Position numbers and translations under genes: made by a program
The notes under the pieces: generated by a model
Database searches by the model: none
What the model saw: only the letters and a program-made list of their open reading frames with translations
What the model was told of the DNA's origin: nothing
NCBI GenBank assembly: GCA_907165135.1
Contig: OU015567.1
Location: forward strand, 8,370,001 to 8,434,000
Direction: 5' to 3'
DNA from: Oikopleura dioica
Lineage: Eukaryota; Animalia; Chordata
Length of the DNA stretch: 64,000 nt
Part shown: positions 13,669 through 22,040 of the stretch, in pieces
Layout of the letters: each line of letters opens with the position of its first letter
How positions within the stretch are numbered: the stretch's first letter is position 1

Positions 13669-13703
13669 ATTGGCCGCTTAGCCGAATCCAGGCTTCTGAT
13701 TGG
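13669..13703 (-). promoter_or_regulatory. Pair of CCAAT boxes (NF-Y-type) upstream of the MLX-like gene
   Basis: TGATTGG occurs twice, 30 bp apart (ATTGG at 13669 and 13699), 85-120 bp upstream of the ATG at 13584. Confidence 0.5.
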
Positions 13704-13993
13704 TTGAAAATTTCGACGCAATAAATAAATATATTTATCTTCGCCTTTTTCTAGAGCTCTTTTACGAGTAACTTTCTCTATTTTCTTCGAAAAAAAAATC
13801 AAGCCCGGACCTTGATCATGTTGAATATCTTTCTCAGCGATCATATCGGCAGTGTCAAAACTCTTTTAAAAATAAAATAAACGTTTTAAATTTTAATTTT
13901 TGAAAAAAAATATATAAGGATGAGCTAACTGGTTATTAAAAGTACATTTCACAGACAGAAGAGAGTCTGTTGCGTAATAGAGAAGTACAGAAC

Positions 13994-14271
13994 TGTTGGG
14001 TTCTGTTGGAAGCCTCGATCTCTGCCCCGCGGCGCCGTGTAGGCGCATTCACCCCGCTCGAAAAGCGCGACCGAGCAATTCGGTCACATTCTGTTTTTCT
14101 ACCAGTTCAGGGCTGCACACTTTCCGATTTTTGAAATACAATGATTTATAGAGATTAACTACTTGACTATTTATTCAGCATGGCAAGTAGACTAGAATAT
14201 GATGGGTACATCGGGCGATCGGTGTTTACGCCGTAAGCCTGACAATAAGACTTCCAGCACCGAACCCATTA
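13994..14271 (+). repeat. 5' LTR
   Basis: Identical to 17792-18069 except T14164 vs C17962. Imperfect terminal inverted repeat TGTTGGGTTC/GAACCCATTA. Confidence 0.95.
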
Positions 14272-14272
14272 G

Positions 14273-14281
14273 TGGTGTCAG
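14273..14281 (+). promoter_or_regulatory. Primer-binding site TGGTGTCAG (tRNA-Leu type)
   Basis: Lies one nt after the 5' LTR and is complementary to ...CUGACACCA, the 3' end of eukaryotic tRNA-Leu(CAA/CAG). Confidence 0.75.
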
Positions 14282-14921
14282 TTAAATTAAAATTTTTTTT
14301 TCTAGTTCTAGCCATGACTAAACATGTTAAAATCAATAAAAAAAAAATATATATAAGAATAAGTGAAAAATAACGGAGAGAAGCCGCCCCCGGGAATCAA
14401 AGATAAATAAAATGAATATATTATAAAAGTTGACTTCAAAACAAAGATACGAACAAAAATACAAAAAAATTAAATGGTGGTTGGCCATAAGCCACCAGGG
14501 TGAGTTAGAGGGCCTGTTATAGGGCGGAAGCAAGCCGCAAAGCGGCTCCCCCTATAATATAAGACAAATCTGCTCATTCCGCCCGACGAAGGGTCCATAC
14601 TTTCGATCAGCAGAAAAATGATAAAACAATGATAAAGTCAACGGCGCTTGTGATGGTTCGTTCTAACTGTCGACAAATCTAGTTCGAACCACTCTGAATA
14701 AAACACATGGCGCTCACCGCGGATAGGGGCGATCATGATGTATGGCCAATGATAATTACAAAAGACAATGATAATGATATACAACGATAGATATAAAGCG
14801 CCAAGAGTTGGCGAAAGCCTTCTCTACCCACACACAGATCTCCCGGGCGGCAAAAGTTTCTCTTCGACCAATATGACACGCAACGACAATAATTAAAAAA
14901 AAAAAAAGAAAATAAAAATAA

Positions 14922-15722
14922 AAATATTATAATTTTTGGAAAGCAGTCCCGGTAGAACAGGATCATTCTCCTTCCGAACCTAACCTCCAACAACAAATAG
15001 CAGCTTTTTCACCTTTTTCTTCATCAACACTGGCTTCTTATCCATTGATGCTGCCGACGGGGCGAATATTCATAAGAAGCAATATGAATGTCTATCGTTA
15101 CTCTATTACTTTCGACAGCATCGACGGCCATCCAGCCAGTAACCGACTTGATCACAACCGGGGCGCTCCTTACAGGGGTGTACCGCGTCGTTATCATTCC
15201 GGTAATTTCTACCGCGGTCAACCATGATGCGCGAATTTTTACCGCAGTCAATCACGACATGCGAATTTCTATCCACGTGCTCAGTCTCGGGGCGCTTCTC
15301 GAGGCGGGTACAACGGTCAAGGTTACCGTTGCGATAATCACCACGGCAGCATTGGCTACAACAGTAACAACGGAAACGGTTACAACAATCACGGCAACGC
15401 TCACTACACTCAAAACGACTATGATTCCCGAACCTACGGCGTTAACGCCGCATTTGAGGAAGCATACGTGCTGATACCGTTCTCCGAACCAGAACAGATC
15501 ACTACTCAGCCTGAGCAGTTCACTCAAGCTGAAGAACGCGAACAACTTGATTACAGTTAGCCACAGTCAGAAAGCTACCCGGCCGCCTACCAGCAGCCAG
15601 ATGCCCATGACAGCGCTTACTACTCGGATCTCTCTTACACTAAGTACGATCCTAGCTACGCTGCTTACGACACTCAACTCTCATCGCACGCAGAAGCCGC
15701 TGATAAGCCGTCAAAAAACTGA
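14922..15722 (+). pseudogene. Decayed gag-like frame (RG/N/Y-rich)
   Basis: One frame reads RGAPYRGVPRRYHSGNFYRGQP*CANFYRSQSRHANFYPRAQSRGASRGGYNGQGY...DKPSKN* with internal stops at 15225 (TGA) and 15558 (TAG). It ends at the frameshift heptamer. Confidence 0.65.
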
Positions 15723-15745
15723 GTGCTTCCGGTGGTGCCACCGGA
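15713..15745 (+). promoter_or_regulatory. -1 programmed ribosomal frameshift signal (gag-pro junction)
   Basis: A_AAA_AAC (15713-15719) sits in the gag frame directly before TGA, followed by an 8-nt spacer and the perfect inverted repeat TCCGGTGG-TG-CCACCGGA (15728-15745). The -1 frame is the protease frame. Confidence 0.8.
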
Positions 15746-15820
15746 TAGAATTCTACTACACATTCCACCATCTTTAATCCGAATCCATTTGGCAATTCGG
15801 AAGCGACATATTTACCTGTC

Positions 15821-16135
15821 ATGTTCGGGTCAACCGGCATGTGGGTACCAACCTTATATGATCCCGGCTCATTCGTAAGTCTAGTACCCGAACGAGTCGT
15901 CCAGGACTTGAATTTAAAAATCGAGCCTACCGACCGAACAGCACGCTGCATTGTAAGCCACAATTCCTGTCTTGGTAAGGTAGTTTCCGACACCCGAGTC
16001 GGTACGAATTCACGCTGGCCGGCAACGGTCTGGTTCGTTTTACCTTTCCCTTCGTTTTTGATTCTGGGAAGGAACCCAATGCTCGAAAGATGCTCGAAAA
16101 TAAAGCAAAACTTGAATAACCAAACCATGTTCTGA
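15821..16135 (+). CDS. Retropepsin-like aspartic protease of the LTR element, probably non-functional
   Basis: TLYDPGSFVSLV (catalytic D-[TS]-G position, here DPG) and FLILGRN (ILGRD-type motif). An in-frame TAG at 15746 separates it from the frameshift site, and pol ends at 16135. Confidence 0.75.
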   Translation: MFGSTGMWVPTLYDPGSFVSLVPERVVQDLNLKIEPTDRTARCIVSHNSCLGKVVSDTRVGTNSRWPATVWFVLPFPSFLILGRNPMLERCSKIKQNLNNQTMF

Positions 16136-16441
16136 CTATATTGATGACGAACGTCTGAAGCACGACGATTCCTGAGATCATACTGTCTCGGGGCGTATCT
16201 CAGCCTCGGGGCGCAACTATCAGACAGTCTGATCGCATGAATCGACTCATTGATAATTCGATAGACAGTAAGAGTCGACAGCAAGGACGACAATTGTCAA
16301 TAAGCATGATTCATCACTCGTCTATTTATTTGTTCAATTGAACACAGTTTTGTCGATATTATTCTCTATCATTTATTCAAGTTATATTTTATCAATTGTT
16401 ATGCTGTTTCATTAGAATTTTAATCATTTTAGTGTTCAAGA

Positions 16442-17634
16442 ATGGTCGCATTTAATAACCATTCTTATTTAGACCTAGAAATGGAAGCCTCGACGCTCGA
16501 AAATAGCGTTCAAGACCTCGAAAATGAGCGCGACTTGCTGAAGCAGATGCTCAAAGAACTCGACGAGGAAGAATCGTCCTGTACAAGCAACGCCGGATGC
16601 TCGGCTCAAATTCCCTCGGAATCTGAACCGGTCATTCGACCTTCGACATACTCACCATCACGCTCGCAGATCCGAGCTCTCGCTACTCCGTCAACACACA
16701 GATCCGATCTTGACAGACGATTAGCAGAGATCTTCGGTCAGCCAAATGAGCCACAAAACGACGAGGAAGATTCAGAAGAAACGGACAGCTTTTTGACGAC
16801 CGGCAATGAATCGCCACCGCCAAAACATCCGGTACAGAGCCCAAAAGCCCTGTGCCGACCAATAAACCAGCTTATCACAGCACTCCGGATCGTTCGGTAC
16901 ACATTCCTAGTGAATCTGCCCCGAAAATTCGTTATCAAGAGGAGTTCGACGATGACGAAAAATCCGTCGCCTTAAATACCATAGACATCGGTTTCAAGGA
17001 TCTCCATCAAGACGAATACCAGGCGAAATTGCATCTCGCGAAGCAGGAAGACAAGCACGTTATGCACAAAGGCATGCTCGTGCCTACCAAGAAGACCAAC
17101 TTACGCGTGAAAATACTCCTCCACGAGCAGAATATTCTGCTGCAAAAATCCGCTTCCCTCATGAGCAAAAACTGCTTTCATCGAACCAGAGAATACCGTC
17201 AAATCGTCTCTTTGACCAAAAAGCTGCACGACCGATCGTCAAAATACGCTTATGCAGCCCATGTGATACTTTCCGGCTCAAAAGAAAGTATCAAAGAATT
17301 CATCCAGCGAGAGCGTAACGCTGAGAACGATGCTTCGTCGCAAAACGTCTCTCGGGGCGCCACTGGGACTTCCGGTGCCGCCTCGACCTCCGGTTACAAT
17401 CAGGGTAGTTCTGCACGTTCGGATATTACCCCGACCAATCGACCGCAGCCCATTTTCAACCGCGGAAGCGCTCGCTCCTCGGGCCCTTCTCGTGACCAAA
17501 ATACGGCTAGCCCATCGTCCGAATCTGGACATTCATCGCGCTACGGACCTAGCGGACGTGTGATGGATGCTCGTCGCTCTCGGGGCGGCCGCACTCGCCC
17601 GTATCAGCCTCGCGGCATGCGGGGACGATATTAA
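16442..17634 (+). CDS. Accessory gene of the LTR element, unknown function; two overlapping ORFs joined by a -1 shift
   Basis: ORFs 16442-16975 and 16852-17634 overlap in the -1 configuration. Joined, they give an N-terminal acidic coiled coil, a P/S/E-rich linker, a basic helical domain and an S/G/R-rich tail ending RGGRTRPYQPRGMRGRY. No signal peptide or TM segment is visible. Confidence 0.65.
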
Positions 17635-17782
17635 GTCACTGCGATCATTGGACTTGCCAATTTCTGAATGCCACCTGCGAATTTACAATTCCAAATTTCT
17701 TCACTCTATTTGCTTAGGACTACTGCCTTGGAATTATCTTCACTGCTCAATGCTTAGGACCGCCGCGGACAGAATATCTCGG

Positions 17783-17791
17783 CTCGGGGCG
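17783..17791 (+). promoter_or_regulatory. PPT-like element CTCGGGGCG
   Basis: G-rich tract immediately abutting the 3' LTR. Confidence 0.6.
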
Positions 17792-18069
17792 TGTTGGGTT
17801 CTGTTGGAAGCCTCGATCTCTGCCCCGCGGCGCCGTGTAGGCGCATTCACCCCGCTCGAAAAGCGCGACCGAGCAATTCGGTCACATTCTGTTTTTCTAC
17901 CAGTTCAGGGCTGCACACTTTCCGATTTTTGAAATACAATGATTTATAGAGATTAACTACTCGACTATTTATTCAGCATGGCAAGTAGACTAGAATATGA
18001 TGGGTACATCGGGCGATCGGTGTTTACGCCGTAAGCCTGACAATAAGACTTCCAGCACCGAACCCATTA
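17792..18069 (+). repeat. 3' LTR
   Basis: 277/278 identical to the 5' LTR; followed by TSD GAAC. Confidence 0.95.
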
Positions 18070-18699
18070 GAACTGTACTTTTGAAAAGCGCGCATGGGAA
18101 ATTCCTTACGAAGAAAATATTCAAGAAATTTTAATCATTACGTTTGGATCGTTTTTTTTTCTTTCGCAGGGAAGGGTCGTCACCTTACAAGATTCCTTGG
18201 CGACGCATGTCCCCGTAAGTCCACCCGAGTGACAACATTGCCAAAGGAATTTTCGAATTCTTCGTCCGTCGACTGACGCGGCTGATTTTGTCTGTTTCTG
18301 TGGAAGTTTTACGCTAAAATGAGCAAAAAGAAGAAAAGTCGGAAACAAGCTGATCCAGAGCAAGGCTCACCTTCCGACGCATAAATCGGTTTGCATAGTT
18401 TTGAGATATTTCGACCAAAATATGTAAATCGCGTTTGGCCTGATGATGTCACAAAATTGACGCGGCGGATCATACGGTTAGATTTTATGCGATAATCTTC
18501 GTCAAAATTTCGGGCCTTGACGCAATTCAATTTAGAGCTTGCTAAAGCCGCGCATTATCGAACCGCGAGTGAGTAGCAGTTGTTGTTTTTTTGTGCTGCT
18601 GTAGCTGGCACTCGGGGTCGACATTAATCGGGCGTACTCTATCAGGTTAAAAAACGCAAGTGAATGATTTCTAAATTGAACAGAAAATTGAAAGCCCCA

Positions 18700-20100
18700 A
18701 GTTTCATTCGAATTTCAGGCTCATGAAGTCTTTCAAAAAGAAAAGTCGTTTTCGATGAATATAAGCTTCCGTGTCCTACTTGACAAACTACACCGGCGAT
18801 TAGGAACTTCCTTCTTTCATGATGATCTTTTGCTTACCTACACACTTTTAAGCCATCCGATTTTAAAGTACCTTGATGCTTCATTCAACGAAATGAAAAT
18901 TTGAACAAGAAAAAACTCGAGAAAATGATTAAAGATGTACGAGCTTACAAGTAAAGGAATGTCGCGGCATGAGCAATGGGCATTTATGCACGTGGCCACC
19001 ATTTCTTGATGGATTGGAAGGGTTGGAAAAATTCCGATCGGGCGGGAAGAGCACTTTTACATGGATTCATTGATGCTCATTTTGGAAAGCGCAAATCGTG
19101 CATTTTTCGTAGCGAAAAATTATCCAGCTTCCAAAAGCTACTGTATCGTCATCCACGGTCACCTTTAGGCACGGTTAATTGAATAGAATCCGCAGAACAC
19201 GAGCCCAGATTCCGAGCGACAGCGCAGGGCCGTGATAACCGCTGGAGAAACTACTACCGACTTTGTAAGACGACTTTGTCAAGAATGCCGGCCCAATACT
19301 GAGTGATACGCGAGGACATTCGCAAGTACCTCCAAGCTCAAGTACTCCATATTCGTCTACGTATTGAATTAGCACAGCAAGCGGGACTGTTTTGCGGGTC
19401 TTTTGTTCATCTCCTCGTGGATTTACCCAGCTCCAAAACTACGACATCGCTCAAAACTCTGGTCTCACTAAACGCTCAAAAAGCACATCTGATTTTCACT
19501 TGGGTCACATCTGCGCGCCGACCGGTTAAGATAGAGACACACTTTTACGCGCCTGCGAAGACTAGCAGTCTGTAAGAAGCTGCCACGCACCCACGTTGAT
19601 AATTACAGAGAAGGGTGCCTCTACTAGTCAAAGCGAAATTAGCGAGCTTAGCTAACGTGCGACCCAGACCTCCGGGTCAACAATTAACCACGCTCACGGT
19701 CTTGAAGGAAGCTCAAATGCTCATTCAATGTCGCTGAGTAATACAAAGTCAAAGGCGAAGCACAAATCCAGCGCTAGAATTCTTCAACAGACTCCTTCTT
19801 ATTCCTGAACTCGATTCGCCGGAGAAGAGACGCCACTCAAGACGACGCTAAAACTCTGAAATGAAGGAAACATCGATAAGAAAAATTCAAAGCTCGAGTA
19901 CACGTTGTGATGGGCGCCTAATTCCCGCGTAATGCACTCATCGTGTTGATCCGCAGATGAGTGTTTTCTAATCGGGGGAAAAGTGTGATGATGATCCCCA
20001 TCATCTTAAGCCTCCTCGGCTTGAAAATGACGTTGGAACTGCTTAAAACCGAAGGCAGAAGTAGAAAGATCGTAAATATTTTGACCAGCATTTGAGATAG
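18700..20100 (+). pseudogene. Possible heavily degraded DNA-transposase (hAT-like) remnant
   Basis: Coding-like composition with many stops. Fragments DNRWRNYYRLCK (~19234) and VMMIPI...LKMTLELL (~19985-20045) loosely recall the hAT RW motif and C-terminal dimerisation region. Confidence 0.2.
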
Positions 20101-21755
20101 CCTGATAAGCAACGCGAGTTTTCATAACGTCGATAAGTTTCTTATTCGCGACGGCGTGATTTGGGTACAGATCGACGAAAATACGCGAATCAATTTGATA
20201 AACGAAATGTTACAAGCAATTCATTTTAACTCAACTGGGTCACGCGAAAAATCATTCTTTTCCAGATATCGTCAAAAACAAGTCGACAAACAGATTTAAA
20301 ACAATCTGAAGATATCTCAAACAACGACCTTTAAAACCACCTGCCACTGCCCTTTTCAACAACGCTATCAAGATTTTCCTGCTATCTTTACACTTTAAAA
20401 CATGACCCAAAAAGACGCCACATTCCAACTGTTGTTGGAAAACATAACATTAAAAAAAATCCGAGCAACGAAATTAGCGAAACGATTTCTGAAGCAAATG
20501 GAACAGATGTAAAGAATGCGAATTTACGCAACCGCTCGTTTCCCTCGGAATAAGTTAAAGAAAGACTGGGACGGTGCTCATTTGCATTCGTAAAATCCGA
20601 GTCGCACACGCCCCTTTGCTCAACTATTTTCCAAGACCCAAAGAAAAATCAATTTTCTGCAGCTGCTGGCGAATTATGTTTTTGATTTTCTGGGTCAGGT
20701 AATAATAATAACAGAGGGGTAATTCAAGAGGCATTGAATTATTGAACTGTCAAATTTTTTCTTGAGCTAGATTGGCGAGTAAAATGCGGCTCGACTAAAA
20801 GAATTCGATGAGTTAGCATTCGATAACTAGTAGATCGGAAGGCGAAATTATGAGATGCGCTATCTCCAATTAAAGCAGCTTAGTAAATATTCCAATAGAT
20901 AGAGTTAACGTAGTTGAGTTTACTAAGTTGAGTATTTACTAAAGCGGCAGTGACGCATGTTTTTGAGGATCTTGACATTGCGAGTATGCGCCAGCCGCAC
21001 ACCTTCTAAAGAGCTTCAGCGCGTCGTTCAACGTATTACAAAGAATGCAGAATGTAGACCGTTTAACACGGCCACAGTTGAATTTTGAAGCTGCAGATTT
21101 TCGTTAACTTCTCCGTAGAAATCTCACGAGGTCATTTCCATGCTTCCATTTGAAATCAAGTCGTAAAAAGAGCAGATGAGAAACTCTTTTTGTTTATAAA
21201 TTATGTTTCTCTAAAAATAAGTCTCGTGTCTACCCCCGCAGTGGCGAACTCGGCTCATCCTTGAATTACAGTCCGTCTTACAGCGTCCGACCGCGACATT
21301 TGTTATCGCACTCTCGAAACTGTTTTCAGCCCGCTCTTTCGCACGCAACTTTGGTTACTCTACTGTAAACAGAAACCATTTGAGAGTTCTTTCTTTTTTT
21401 GAAACTGTTAGTCAATATCACGGGTTTACCAAGAACAGTAAAAAAGTGCTGATCAGTTCCAAAGAAAAATTCTTCACAAATCAAATTAGCCGCTTTTCGC
21501 CGTCAAAGAAAAATTCGCGCGACGATAATCCGCAAGTAATGAAAATATACTACGGTGATCAAATATATAGTTCATATTTACTCGTTCGTGCTGGGGGTGA
21601 CTTCTTGTGGCTTTCGCAATTAGGCTTTTTTCAATGGAACGTCGTCGTTGATGAAATTTTCATTTTTCGGCTGAAAGATATTCACGCCGGCCAGTTGCGC
21701 CACGTACTGTGAAAATTCAATTTAGGGGTGAATTTACCCGTACTATTCTATTTGA

Positions 21756-22040
21756 CGTAGAGAGGGGTTATCATTCGAGCTGCCCCTAACCCTTAACCTA
21801 ACCCCCCACACAAGGCCTAAACCGAGCCCCCCCCCCCCGGACCCCCTAGTTCCTATTCCCTAACCCTGACCACTAGGCTAGTGGCACTAGCCCAGATTCT
21901 AGAGATATACGATGGCGCAAATCATAGTCTCTCATAGGAACTCTTAAGAGGGGTCCGGGGGGGCGCGCCCCCTGGTTTAGGCCTCAGGTGGGGGTTAGGT
22001 TTAGGGTTAGGGGCAGCTCGAATGATAACCCCTTACTACC
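21756..22040. mobile_element. 285-bp MITE with 8-bp TSD (Merlin- or hAT-like) containing telomere-like repeats
   Basis: TSD CTATTTGA (21748-21755 and 22041-22048). Long imperfect TIRs CGTAGAGAGGGGTTATCATTCGAGCTGCCCCTAACCC / GGGTTAGGGGCAGCTCGAATGATAACCCCTTACTACC. Confidence 0.85.

Larger units (their letters stand above)
13994..18069 (+). mobile_element. Non-autonomous LTR retroelement (Ty3/gypsy-like organisation), 4076 bp, lacking RT/RNase H/integrase
   Basis: Two 278-bp direct LTRs (TGTTGGGTTC...GAACCCATTA), 4-bp TSD GAAC (13990-13993 and 18070-18073), PBS, PPT-like G tract, gag remnant, -1 frameshift signal, aspartic protease and an extra ORF. Confidence 0.95.

Noticed and set aside
15088-15545. 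Thr-rich and Val-rich ORFs (15088-15474 plus, 15252-15545 minus)
   Set aside because: Shadow frames of the low-complexity gag remnant.
15652-16293. 213-aa antisense ORF across the protease
   Set aside because: No recognisable motif and a non-ATG start; most simply the antisense shadow of the protease region.
16442-17634. Interpretation of the accessory ORF as an envelope gene
   Set aside because: No signal peptide, no transmembrane helix and few cysteines.
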